This document shows positions 21,011 to 32,760 of a stretch of DNA of 64,000 nucleotides, piece after piece. The stretch comes from Camelus ferus (taxonomy: Eukaryota), in assembly GCF_009834535.1 (NCBI RefSeq), contig NC_045703.1, forward strand, positions 73,408,001 to 73,472,000. The letters are read 5' to 3'. A program made the translations under genes and the position numbers. Every line of letters starts with the position of its first letter. Positions within the stretch are counted from its first letter, which is position 1. The notes under the pieces were generated by a model. That model did no database searches, was not told where the DNA came from, and saw nothing but the letters and a program-made list of their open reading frames with translations.

Positions 21011-24000
21011 CTCCACAGCCTGCCCCACGCGCCACCTTTGAAGTTCCACCTGGGAGTTTTCACTCCTTGCAAAATTCTTCTGCGCTTCACTGACTGACTT
21101 GTTGGGTTTAAGTATTTTTCAGTCACAAAAATAAAAGACGGTAATTTTAAGTTAAACAACAGAGGGCGCAAAGGGTGTAGCATCTCCTTCCTAGCCACCT
21201 GCCTTCCCGCAGCCTGCTCGCCCTTAGACACGTGCCCGCCCCTCCTCTTGTCCTGAGCGTCAGGTCTGCGTCCCTCTGAGGCTCGTTTCCCCTCACGTCT
21301 CTCGTTAGAAGCGCAGACACGCCCTCCTGAAGGTGAGCAGCGCTCTTTGCCGAGACAGACAGCCTGCGCATTGGATCGGCACTTGTGATAGAGGATCTTT
21401 CTAGATCACACACAGAACATTCCAGAGAACACCTGCAAAATCTGGAAAAACCAAGTGAGGTCTAAGTCCAGCCGGCAGCCTGAGCCGGGGGCCTTCCGGG
21501 CTTTCTGCCGCGTGTGAGTCACGGCGGACGTCACCACTGGGGTCCCTGTGACGGCACGTGGGGTCCTCTCTGCTCTGTGTGCATCTTCCTGTCGGTCTAC
21601 ACTCACTTCCAAATTTGAGAATTGCAAATGTAGCTGCACAATATTTCATAATAAGACGCGTCACAATTCAGTCTTTCAGTTGAGGAAAGCCTTGTTTTCC
21701 AGACCTCGCCAGCCTCGCCCCTGGGGCCTGCCCTTTCGTGGCTGCGAGCTGATCAGACAGCTGGGGGCTGCTGGCCTGGTTTCTGTCGTGCTTTAGGAGC
21801 CCGGAGCGCTGCAGGGAATTAGCCCTGCCAGTAGCGTTTTCTGCCCCAGTGTTTCAGTTCCAATTTTACTTGGCGCATGGTTTCTTTTTCTAAAGCACTT
21901 TTTAAAAAGCGAGATTCCCTAAAACGCATCCTGCTTGCTCAGAGGACACGTGTGTCTCTGGTCAAATGCCCAGCAGAGCTGAGACTTAGACACGCGCAAC
22001 GACCGTCGGTAAACTCACCAAGTTACAGTTTTTAATAAAAATGTGTATTCCTAATGCCACTGTCCAGGTGGAAATCTGAGCCGCCACTTGTCGTTTGTGT
22101 GACTTTGAGCAGTGGTTCACCCTCTTCTAGCCATGATCTGACAGAAGAGGGGCATTGTCGCCACAGCAGGGCCCTAGACCCCGCACCACCGTCGCGGCGG
22201 GAGGGGGCCGGGGCAGCTCCTAAAGCCGCGTCTGCTAATAACAGTCGTAGCTCTCCTCTTGCAAAACACACAGAGAACCTCCTAGCCTGGCGCTCCCGAG
22301 GGCCCCCTGCACCACCAACACCACTGACCCCTTCTGCTGCTAGTGGTGTCAGGCACTTCCCGAGGAAACAGTCCAGTGAGGACCCGCAGGCAGCATCCTG
22401 CTGGAGGCTGCACATAGCAGTCAGTTCCCATCCATCAGAAAACGGTTCCTGTGCCCCAGCAGGGAGCTGACAGCTGCGCAGACCCCGAACCTCAGCATCA
22501 CTCCTGGATCCGGGCCACGTCGGTCCTAGAAGGAAGGCCCTGTGCTGGGGAGAAGTCATCACCCTTTTTGGACTGCTTCCAGCAGGCCAGGGATGAAGGG
22601 ACGTCGGGACACCTAGCTGGTCGTCCAGCTCCATCCAGGGAATGGGAGCCTGGACCTCACAGGAGGGAGACGAGGGGTCCGGACACCCAGGATGCGACGT
22701 AGATCCTGTCCCGGAGGTCGGGGCTGAGGAGCTTGCACCCCGGGGGGTGGGGGTGGGGGCTGATCCCTGTGGGCCTCCTGCCCCCTGCGCTTGCCGGCGG
22801 GTGACCAGAGCCAATGCCCCAGGCCCCGGCACCTCCCTTCACTCAGGAGAGGAACCGGAGAGGCTGACACATGTTTAAAACCCACATTCGCTCAGCAGAG
22901 TGACAGACATTAGGAAAGCACAGAGAAGGCGACATCTCTTTTCTATTCAAAGGGACTCTTCACATATTCACAAAGGTAGTTATTTCGTAAACACAGCAGA
23001 GAGCACAGTGCATTCGGCAGATGGCCAGAGCCCTCGCAGTACTGGCCACCTCTTCTAGCCCTGGAACGCGCTTCCTGCGGCCCCGGAGGTGGGGTTTTCC
23101 ACGGTTGTGGGTCCGCACTCGCGGGATGAATACTGGCTTAGTGTTTCTTCGGGGCTGGAAACGCGGGCAGTGGAGGCTCAATCAGCCCTTCACGATTTCC
23201 CAAGACTTTGAATGCCCTTGACTTTCACTCGGCATTTATGTCTCTGACTCTGGGGGCCCTGGGCTGGTGCTGGGGTGGCTCCAGGTGGCGTGACGGCTTA
23301 GCGGAGAGCCTCCTTGGACGACACCCATCAGGAGCCGAGCTCGAATCAATGTGTCTTTTTGTTCGGCTCTTGGCTTTCGGGGACCCGGGGACACTGCCTC
23401 GCACTGTACTCCCCAATTTTCCGGGAGAGCGTTTTACTTAGAGCTCCGGGGAGAACAGGGCTGGTTCTCAGCCTCCCCAAATGAGAACCACGTGCTGCCG
23501 CCCCAGCTGCTGGAGAACAGCACGGGCTCTCTCTTGCCGCCTCCTTGGGCTGGGGGCCCCCAGGGGAGCCCGGAGGGACGGGGAGCCCAGAGCCGCAGCC
23601 GCCCGCCCGCCCACCCGTCCACAAGGCCACCGTTAAGAGCTCGCAGGCAAGACCGTAGGGATGGCACCATGAGGCGGGATCGATCGCCTATTCTCTTTCG
23701 TCTCGGTTCGTAAAAGTTTTAGAAAGTACTTTTTTAAATTCATGTAAAATGAGGAGTTAACATTCCACTTATTTTCAGGTTTTGACAGGAACCATAGTTC
23801 TGTCCTCCAAGGAGGTGAAGACAAATGATCCGTGAAAGTGTGGAGAGGCCGCCACACCATAGCATTTCATGCCTGTGCGTTTAGTCCCAAAACACAATAA
23901 GACGGGAGTTACAAACGCACCGAGGGAGGGGAGGCTGGGAGTGCTCAGGGAGGGGTCGCACCACACACCACCGTGTGGTGCGTCTGAGGGGTAGCGGTGG

Positions 24001-24814
24001 GGGCGGGAGCTGGGAGCAGGCCCCACCGTCCACCGTGGGTACCACAGACCCACAGCCCGTGTGAGATGTGCGTTAGGGTCTCTGCGGAGATGCTGGCTGC
24101 CCCGCCCGATCCTGCAAACATACAGACATGCCTTGAGCACAGCAGCCATTTCCCAGACTCCACGCTCCCCTCAAGGGGCAGGCGGGCTCCTACATGGAGT
24201 CTGCAGCTCCACTGAGCCAGCTTCCTGTTGGAGACAGCATTGCCCGGGTGGCAGGCGGAGTCCAGACCCTGACACATTCCTCCAGCCCTGCATCTCCCTA
24301 GCCCGTGCGTCCTCCTCCCTCGTGCCTGTCCACCCAGCACACCCAGTGCCAAGACGGACGTGGAGCCTGGAGCCCGGGATGCGGCCCTGCGCCTCCCTCC
24401 CCGTGGGCTGCACCTGCGCCTCCAGGTGGGAGGGTGCCCAGGTGGGACACAGGAGCAGCTGCAGAGGCTGCGGGGACACTGCGCTGGAGCCGAGGGGACA
24501 GCTGTCTCTGCTGTGCTTGGTCTAGTGACAGTGACGGCCCAGTGGCCCGCACACTGACAGGGAGAGCCCGGGCCGGCCGGTCTGAGGCGTTAACATGGAC
24601 ACGCCTCACGTGCTGTGGCTCGGGCGCAGTGCCGCTGGGGCCGGTGGCGTGGCCGGGCCTCCACGTGCTCTGAATCAGTCCACCAACGGCCCGTGTTGGC
24701 CGGGTCTTCTACAGACTCCAAGATCCACCCTCTGAACAAGTCTGGTTAGAAGACAACGAAAGGGAGTTGGAAGCGGAGGGGTGAAGCGGGAGTCCCCACC
24801 CCAGCCGCAGTCCC

Positions 24815-24957
24815 TGCGGTCGCTGCGTAAACCGCTTTGTGTCTCTCTGCTCCATTTCCTCACCACGAAACAGGTCTGCCTGGTGGGGTCCTTGGCTCAT
24901 TTACCTGAAATTCTGAGGTGCTGGGCATGCAGTAGGTGCTTAATTAATGTTGGTTCC
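24815..24957 (+). mobile_element. MIR SINE remnant
   Basis: 'ctctctgctccatttcctcaccacgaaacagg...gtgctgggcatgcagtaggtgcttaattaatgttgg' resembles the MIR core and tail. Confidence 0.5.
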
Positions 24958-27900
24958 ACTTCCTGCTCACCTTCCCTGAACTGCAACCACCAACAGTGGC
25001 AGCAGTCGGCCACCAGCCACGAGGGTCTGAGCTGCGTGGGTCCACGCCGTGTCCTGAGGTCATGACTCTGGGGCGGACGCCCTGACCTTTCCAGGCAGGA
25101 CCGCGTGGGCAGATGGCCCACAGGCCCTGGGCCTGGTGTCTACGCTTTAATTCTCTGATATTAAAATGCTCTGAAGCTCAGTTGAATGTAAGACTGTCAT
25201 CCTCCCCGAAGCTGGAGGGGGGATCTCTCTGCAGTCAGCCCTGGTTAAGGGGCCTTCCGGGGAGCCTGTTCCGCCATGGCGACCACCCTGCTTCGCGGGT
25301 TGGGGTGAGAGCGCTTGGTGCTTTTGGCGTACGTTTGTCCAACCAGGAGGCAAATTCCTTGAGGGCTGAGCCTGTGTCCTTTTCTTTTTTCTTTCTTTTT
25401 TTTTTTTTTTTGCATCAGCATGGTGTATCTTTGGTCCTGTGTCTTTTTCAAATATACATTTCCAGTAACTAGTCAAGTTACCAGTAAATACGGACATAGC
25501 CAGCGAAGAGGTCCAGCTTGGGCCACCACCAGCAGAGAGGGCAGATTGTTTTCACCGAATTGTAAGGGCTTCGGGTGCAGTCAGTCGGTCTTCAGGCCAG
25601 CCCTAAACACGGAGAAGTCAGATGTACAGGCTCAGAAACAGCTCGTGTCCTCTGAATCAGTGAAAACCACGACTCGGTTCTGCTGCGGACCAGGAGACGG
25701 CGTCCAGGACCGACCCGGGTCGGGTTCTCCGGGGGGCCGGGCAGTGGGCTGGGTGGGGCTCGGCTCTGAGCTCGCCTGGCGAGCTTCCTACTTACGCCTC
25801 AGGAGTCATTTTTACTTCAGCTTACGTGTGGCCGAGTGAAACGTCTTCTTCACGTGTTGGTTCAAAACCCCGCATTTTTCTCTGTGTGCGCGTCCCGTCC
25901 ACACGGACGTCGGAGGAGGGCAGGGACGCGCTCCCTCCCCGGCGCGGTGCCTGCGGACGTGCTGTTACTCGTCCGCTTCTTGCTGTGGCGCATATCCCCG
26001 GGACGATGCTGGGCTGAGAGGAACACCAGAGAAAAAGCCTGATTTCAGGGAAAGGCGGGCAGGGAAGCGGAGGCAGGAGGTGGGAAGGAAAAGCCAGGAG
26101 AGAAAGGATGGGCGGGAAAGGCAGGTCCACTGGCCTCTGCAACAGTCAGGTCTCCAGACGTCAGGGGCAGCGTGATCAGCGATGCAGGAAAGTGAAGACC
26201 CCCCCCCCCCAGTGTCTCCGACGAGGCTGCCAGCACCTCGGAGGGGGCAGCTTTCCCTGGACCCGCAAGCGTGACCAGCGCTTCACAATCTGGATTTATA
26301 GGCCTTTCTCAGTCAACTGCCCCCTTGGCTTTCTTAGTCCAAATTAATCCGTATTTGTCTACACTGCCTAACTGCACAATAACAGTTTGACCTTCTGTTT
26401 GCGCTCAACTCCGTTTTAGAAACCCTACCGATAACCACCCTCTGGGGCAAGAAAAAATCAAACAGGATGGCAGCAGAGGACAGCAAGCGACAGCCCGGAG
26501 GGCCCGGGGGGGGAAGGGCACGCCATCCTCAGGACGCACCTCCAGAATGAGTATGATTGTCTGTGTTCTGCAGGTAAGAAAGCTGTAAGAGCCTCTGAGA
26601 CATGTAGATTTATATCATGAAGGCAGGTAAGTGGTCTTGAAAATCAAATGCAAGTGCCAAGACCTCAGAGCCACTTCTTGCCACTCCCGTGGCCCCTCGG
26701 GGACCTGCCTGGGTCCCGTCCTCTCACAGACACAAAATGACACCCACTGCTACCATCTAATGCTGCTAGGAAAAGACTGGCTTATCCTGACCGTGGTTAG
26801 TTTTTAAAGGTTCAGATTAACAAAGACACAAGAAGTAGTACAACCAAATGGTCACGGGAAGCTCATGGCCCACGGGTGACACAGCACGGCAGCAGCAGCT
26901 CTGCGTGGCCAGGTCCCCAAGAACTCCTAGCAGGGCCAGCGTGGGGTGAACGCGGGCGCGTATCTCTGCGTGAGGCCCAGGCTGGCTACACAGCATCTCC
27001 AGACTCCAGCATCTGGACCCGTAAAGCGTGACCGTCACCTCTTCACAGAGGCGTCAGGAGGAGGCAGGACACGGGCTGCGGACGGGAGGCAGCATGGCGA
27101 GAGCCGTGGTTTGTGTTTTTAGGTAGCTGTTCCAGGAGATGTCCCCGCTTGGTGAGGACTCAGCGCTCTGGCGGCTTGTGGGTGTCGTGGTTTCGTAAAC
27201 TCATCTCTGTGCCTGTGGTTACAGTGTGGAGACTCACCTAACCTGCCCCAGAGCCTCACAGAGCCTGACCCCGGTGGTAAGCGAGGGGTCGGGGCTAAAA
27301 CGAGGCCTTGCTGTTTGTAAATTCTCGGTTTCGCTTTGGACACAGAGGTCAAGGCGTCCTGAGGTCTCGGCTGAGGTGGCCCAGCAGGACGCTCCTGGGG
27401 GACAGGAAGGGGTAAGGCCTGTAGTGAGAAGTTCAGCAAACTCTCGGTCTTATTCCTCCCAAAATATGTTCCCGGGCCCCTTGAATGGCTGGCACCCTCC
27501 TTTCACGCTGCATGATTTGTTGAGAATGATGGCACCCAGGGCGACAGTTTGGAGAGCTCCCGTCTGCGTGTTCTCCACTCTTACGTGACGCAAAGGAGCT
27601 TCCTTTGTGAGCATTAGTCGGCCCCGGGGTCCACATAGCCAAATCATGGCACACAGCTGGCTTTCCACAGATGTCCAGCGTCTGGGTGCTTCTCTCCAGC
27701 CACGGTGGGGGCCTCCGGCTCTGGGCTCATCGCCCCCCCGCCCCCAGTGCCCTGAATGTCAGGGTCACCTGACTGCCGGTGACAGGAACTGCTGGGGCAG
27801 CTCTTGGACGATACTGCGTCTTCCTTCAGGATGGCCCTTCTCCTTGCCAAGTCTGTCCGTGCATCCTGGGACCTTCAAGCCCAAATCTGGAATCACTCTT

Positions 27901-29159
27901 TGCAGACCCAGCAAAGGTCAGTATGTCTAAAGTGATTTGTGGGTCTGTTTGAACTTGCATTCCTGCGCTCTGCTGCTTGCTGTGGGCAAGAATTTTCTGA
28001 TGGATTATGAAGAACAGAGTTTATATTAGGAGCTGCTGTTTTACTTTCCGAGACACAAAGTGGTAATTTCATTAAAGGCTTTTACTCGATCTCTGTAACT
28101 TTCAAATTGTCCTCAGTGGAGCTTTATAAACATCAAGGGAGTTCTGTATCAGTCATTCAAAAATTATCCTAAAGGGTAGTTCTGAGATGGAGGAGAGAGT
28201 TCTTATGTAGGTACACACACCGTCACAGAGGTGTTAAAGCTCCCACGTGAAGAGATGCGCGCTGCCAGCTGGAGCGGCACGGGCTTAGCCGGCGCCTTCG
28301 GACAGTGAAGGAGGAGGGGCGAGGACTGCCGCGGACCACGTGTGTCCTTAGAGTGTCACCACCTCACAGGATTGTGTTTAGACATTTTCTCGTTTCTCTT
28401 AACACAGATGGAACCAAACCTCCCCCACCTCGAATTCCTGGAAGGAGGCTGCAGATTTTAACCCTTTCATACCCTCCAAGGCAGCAGTTTCAGAAGCAAA
28501 GCATTCTCACCCCCGGGGTAGGAGTGCAATTTCGCCTCTGACCTGCGAGTCTGACACAAACGCCTAGAGGCAGCTGTTGTTTCGATTTCTTTCTGGACGG
28601 GATCTCATCCTGATCCCCGGAGGATGACGTAAGGAAGGAAAGCAGACAGGTGCAAGAGTGCCTCCAAACGCTGTCCTTTGTTGTATGAAAAGTGTTTCTT
28701 CTAAGCTCACCCGTAAGTCTTTACAAGAGGAACCAAAGCACAAAATCACAGGACTGGCTTCAAAGATGCTGCCTGTTTCCCGGACAAGTTTCCTTTCTTG
28801 CCTTGAAGACTTGCTGGATATTAAACAAAGTGACGTCAGGGTTCTCTCTCCCTAAAGAATTTGGGGGAGGCCTTTTTCTGTAGTAAAATGATTACAACGA
28901 TATAATAATTTTAGCAAAATTAAGAAAGTAACTGAAAGGAAAACATTTTATGCTATTTTATGCCATGGGCTTTTCTGGAAAATTCCTTTTGTCAACTCTG
29001 TGACCCCGTAACTAAATGCTGGAATGGTCTTGGGTGATCACAAGGAAAGAGTGGGAATTGGAGACAATTTTGCTGCCAAGTATGGAGCACAAGGATACAG
29101 GAGTGATTCGGCCAAAAAAAAAAAAAAAAAAAACAAACCCCTCACTGACAAATTTATAC

Positions 29160-29345
29160 CTTGACTGAAACTGAGTTCATCTGTCATAACAGAGCGTGCT
29201 TCATAAGCTGATGTGAAGCTTACATAGTTAATAAACACAACTAAAGGTTAAAAGTGTAATATTAAACTTTTAATAAAGATGAAATTGTTCGTAAAACCCA
29301 GAAGAGTGCCTGGCACAGTGTAAGTGTGTTAACCAATGTTAGTTA
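29160..29345 (+). mobile_element. MIR SINE remnant
   Basis: 'gagttcatctgtcataacagagcgtgcttcataagctgatgtgaagcttacatagttaataaac' and 'agagtgcctggcacagtgtaagtgtgttaaccaatgttag'. Confidence 0.5.
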
Positions 29346-29646
29346 GTATGTTTGTAGCTATTAAAATGTTGACTTATAAAAATTAGAGCACACAGAAAAT
29401 ATTTGCAAATGATGTGACCAATAAGTGGTTAATAGCCAAAATACATAAATAGCTTAACTCAATATCAAAAAACCAAACAACCTGATTAATAAATAGGCAG
29501 AAGACCTAAATTGACATTTTTCCAGAGGACATGCAGGTGGCCAACAGGCACATGAAAAGATGCTCAACATCACTAATCATCAGGGAAACGCAGATCAAAA
29601 CCAAAGCGAGACATCACCCAACGCCTGTCAGAACGGCTGTCATTAA

Positions 29647-29817
29647 NNNNNNNNNNNNNNNNNNNNNNNNNNNNNNNNNNNNNNNNNNNNNNNNNNNNNN
29701 NNNNNNNNNNNNNNNNNNNNNNNNNNNNNNNNNNNNNNNNNNNNNNNNNNNNNNNNNNNNNNNNNNNNNNNNNNNNNNNNNNNNNNNNNNNNNNNNNNNN
29801 NNNNNNNNNNNNNNNNN
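29647..29817. other. N gap (171 N) inside L1
   Basis: Run of N in the sequence. Confidence 0.99.
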
Positions 29818-29932
29818 ACACACTGATTCAAAAAGACACAAGCACCCCAATGTTCACAGCAGCACTATTGATAATTGTCAAGACCTGGAAACAAATCAAG
29901 TGTCCATCAACAGATGACTGGAAAGGAAGATG

Positions 29933-30104
29933 TGTGTGGGCAACACGGACCTACTGTACAGCACAGGGAACTATTCTCAGTGTCTTTTAATAGCCAATAA
30001 TGGAAAATAATCTGAAAAAGAACATATATATGTGTATAACTGAACTACTTTGCTGTGCACCTGAAACACTGTGCATCAACCACACTTCAGTTAGAAAATA
30101 CAAA
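29933..30104 (+). mobile_element. short L1 3' UTR fragment nested inside the older L1
   Basis: 'acctactgtacagcacagggaactattctcagtgtc...aaaagaacatatatatgtgtataactgaactactttgctgtgcacctgaaac', flanked by gaaaggaagatg (29921-29932) and gaaaagaagatg (30105-30116). Confidence 0.75.
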
Positions 30105-30178
30105 GAAAAGAAGATGAGGTGTGTATACATATGGTATACACACACACACAAGGGGATACTACTCAGCCATGAAAAATG

Positions 30179-30308
30179 NNNNNNNNNNNNNNNNNNNNNN
30201 NNNNNNNNNNNNNNNNNNNNNNNNNNNNNNNNNNNNNNNNNNNNNNNNNNNNNNNNNNNNNNNNNNNNNNNNNNNNNNNNNNNNNNNNNNNNNNNNNNNN
30301 NNNNNNNN
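30179..30308. other. N gap (130 N) inside L1
   Basis: Run of N in the sequence. Confidence 0.99.
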
Positions 30309-31321
30309 GAATATAACAAAAAAGAAGCAGACTTACAGATACGGGGGAAAAACTTGAGGTGACCAGTGGGGAGGGGCTGGCAGAGGGGCAGGGGGCAGGG
30401 GATTAAGAGGTACGAGCCACCATGTGTAAGACAAGCTACAAGGATGTGCTGTGCACCACAGGGAACATGGCCGATGGTTTATAATAACTGTAAATGGAGT
30501 GTAACTTTTAAAAATTGTGAATCCTTACCTTGTACGCTTGTAACTTACAGAATATTATACATCAGCTATACTTCTATGTAGAAAATAAGAAAATCTGAAC
30601 TGGAAAAAAATTAAAGAACACATTCAATATACTCTTTAATTTTTAATATTTCAATGTCTAGAATATGAACATATTCTTAGTTATAAATTTAGCAAGAACA
30701 GTTCCCAAGCCATCGTTTAAATTCATCATAATATCAGTTACTTAAATCATCCTCTAATTTCACTTGCCGTGGGCTTTTTGTTTATTTATTACATGCCTGT
30801 CTGGAATTATATTTATGATTTGATATTTCTGTTACGAGAAAGAAGCCGCGCTGGCTGACGCAGGGCCGCCAGAAGAATTCTGAGAACAGTACCTGATAAG
30901 CCCAGGCCCGGGAGGCGGACGGCCGCGCTTTTTGGACCAGAACCCCGGCAGCAACACTCTCTTGCAATTGCGAAATGAAACGGCTGTGTGTCTCGTTCTT
31001 TGCATTTTCTTTTTCGACGTTTGTTAGAATGGTGGCTATGTGCTTGACATCATTATTTTGAAAGTCTAGGCTTGTTATTTTGTGTCATAAATAACCATGA
31101 CTGCTATTTCAAGAAAACAAAGCACGATCAGTTCAAAATCAGAAAGTAAATGAAGGCTGCGTGGAGAACAGACGGAGTGTTGTGATAACGTGAGGTCTGG
31201 AGAGAAAGGCGGGGCTGACAAGAGAAACGAGTGCGCGGCAGACGCGTCACCGAACGACTGGACTCCAGGCTACGCCCTTCGGGGAGAACGTGACGGCGGC
31301 GGAATCAGGGAAAGAGGGGCT

Positions 31322-31450
31322 CTGGTCTCCATGCTCGTGTGCCCCCCAGATCTGCACACTGAAGCCCTCCCCCACGTGATGGTTAGTTAGGGGGTGACGA
31401 GGTCATGAGGGTGGGGCCCTCGTGAATGGGAGCAGTGCCTTCACGAAGAG
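31322..31450 (+). mobile_element. MLT1A/B LTR 5' fragment abutting the CpG island
   Basis: 'gtgtgccccccagatctgcacactgaagccctcccccacgtgatggttagttagggggtgacgaggtcatgagggtggggccctcgtgaatgggagcagtgccttcacgaagag' versus recalled MLT1A 'gtgtccccccaaaattcatatgttgaagccctaacccccaatgtgatgg...gatgaggtcatgagggtggggccctcatgatgggattagtgcccttataagaagag'. Confidence 0.75.
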
Positions 31451-31454
31451 CCCC

Positions 31455-32760
31455 CCCACCGTGTCCACCACCGGGGGCGCAGGGAGCAGGCGCGTGTCCG
31501 CGGCCCGGGGAGTGGGCGCAGCAGCTCAGCAGACCCTGCCCGGACCCCGGGCGACCGCGAGGAACCGGGCCCGCGCGCGCGTCCCGCAGCGGCCTGAGCC
31601 GGCGAGGAGGGGGCGCAGGTGAGGGCCGGGGTGGGGCGCGGCGGGCTCCGTCGGAAGCGCGTGTCTTCTCGGAGGCGGCGGAGTGGAGCTGCTTAGGAAG
31701 CGGCGGGGCGGCGGGGCGGAGAGGCGCGGGACCGGGCCGTCGGGGCCGCCCTGCCGAGCCCTGGGTCTGCGCGCGCGTGTGTGGGGGGCGCTGCCGCCCC
31801 CACCCCACCCCCGTTGGGAAACGCAGAGCCGCCGCCTCCGGCGCTTGTGGACGGGCGGCAGAGGCGCTCTCCCTTCTGCCTCGCGGCGAGTGCTCGGTGA
31901 CCGGCGGCCGCCTCGCCGAACGGGCCCGCCGTATGGCCGGAGGCCGCACGCGCGGTCAGAGGGGTGGCTGAGAAACACCACGGCGTGTTCCGGAACCGGG
32001 ACCAGACACGCGACCTCAAGAGCAGAGCCTGTCGGGTGGGGGGCGAGGCCCCTCCCGGGGCGGAGGAACCGCCGCGCCGGCAGGCCGTCCTCGCGCGCCG
32101 CCCCCGGGCCTGCGCTGCGACCACCGCCCGCAGCACCCGGGCTGCCTGTGGACCCTCCTGGGGTCCCTGCGTCCTTGCTTCCCCACCCCCTCAAAGGGAC
32201 CCAGCCCGACGCCGCCCTCTGCCGAGCTGGGCTCGGCTCAGGTCAGATTTTGCGTTTGGTTTGCTCATCGTGTCCTAGCTGTTGGCAGGTCGAAGCCCCA
32301 GTTGCCAGCACGGGCTGCGGGCTCGTGGCTCCCCGACTCCCCCGAGCCTGAGAGACAGACGGCCGTCGCCCCCCGTGCCACGGGGGACACGCCGTGCGGC
32401 CGGCCGCTCGGTCGGTTTCCGATGCGCTGCGCCGCCCCGGGCTGCGGCTTCCTCGGCTCAGACTGTCCTTCCAGCGGCGCAGGTGGGAGGGCAGGGCGGC
32501 CGGCAGGGGCCTTTAGGGAGTCTCTGGGTTCAGGGAGAGAAGCTGCCGCAGGAGTTCCACCTGGAGGAGCTTGAGTTTGAATCTCGCCTGGTTTGGGGGA
32601 CCCCTCGCGGTGGGTGGGGAGCGGAGGGAGGGGCGTGACAGGTCATCGCAGCCAGAGTCCGGACGCAGGCTGCGGGCCTCCCCTCCGGTATCCGGCCACG
32701 TCCCGGCCTCGTTTAACCAGAAGCCGCAGTGCGGGACGCCCGCACCCTTGCAGACTCAGA
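31455..32760. promoter_or_regulatory. CpG-island promoter
   Basis: About 1.3 kb of very high GC and CpG density with several GC boxes (ggggcggcggggcgg, ggggcgg) and a consensus + strand splice donor near its 5' end. Confidence 0.85.
31500..31618 (+). other. putative non-coding first exon of an unidentified gene (start approximate)
   Basis: Ends ...ggaggggcgcag|gtgagggcc (donor GT at 31619-31620). There is no ATG in the segment and no coding exon was recognised downstream. The TSS is inferred, not observed. Confidence 0.5.

Larger units (their letters stand above)
29390..30585 (+). mobile_element. 5'-truncated L1 (end of ORF2 plus 3' UTR), with two N gaps
   Basis: The translation [23 protein letters not shown] is the L1 ORF2 C-terminal region. 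Also 'caccccaatgttcacagcagcactattgataattgtcaagacctggaaacaa' and the 3' UTR 'gggattaagaggtac...acagggaacatggcc...aaaaattgtgaatc...cagctatacttc'. Confidence 0.9.

Noticed and set aside
27119-27670. - strand ORFs ending near a GTGAGT donor (~27236)
   Set aside because: No frame gives a recognisable protein across the segment, and one donor alone is not enough.
31455-31620. Assigning a gene symbol to the CpG-island promoter
   Set aside because: I considered genes with a non-coding exon 1 and long intron 1 (e.g. PTPRE with upstream CLRN3, ARHGEF10, AFAP1). Their expected neighbouring or coding exons were not found, and I have no reliable sequence match for any candidate.
31383-32351. Several 147-222 aa ORFs on both strands in the CpG island
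   Set aside because: They overlap in multiple frames, are R/G/P/A-rich and show no domain. This is expected in very GC-rich DNA lacking stop codons.
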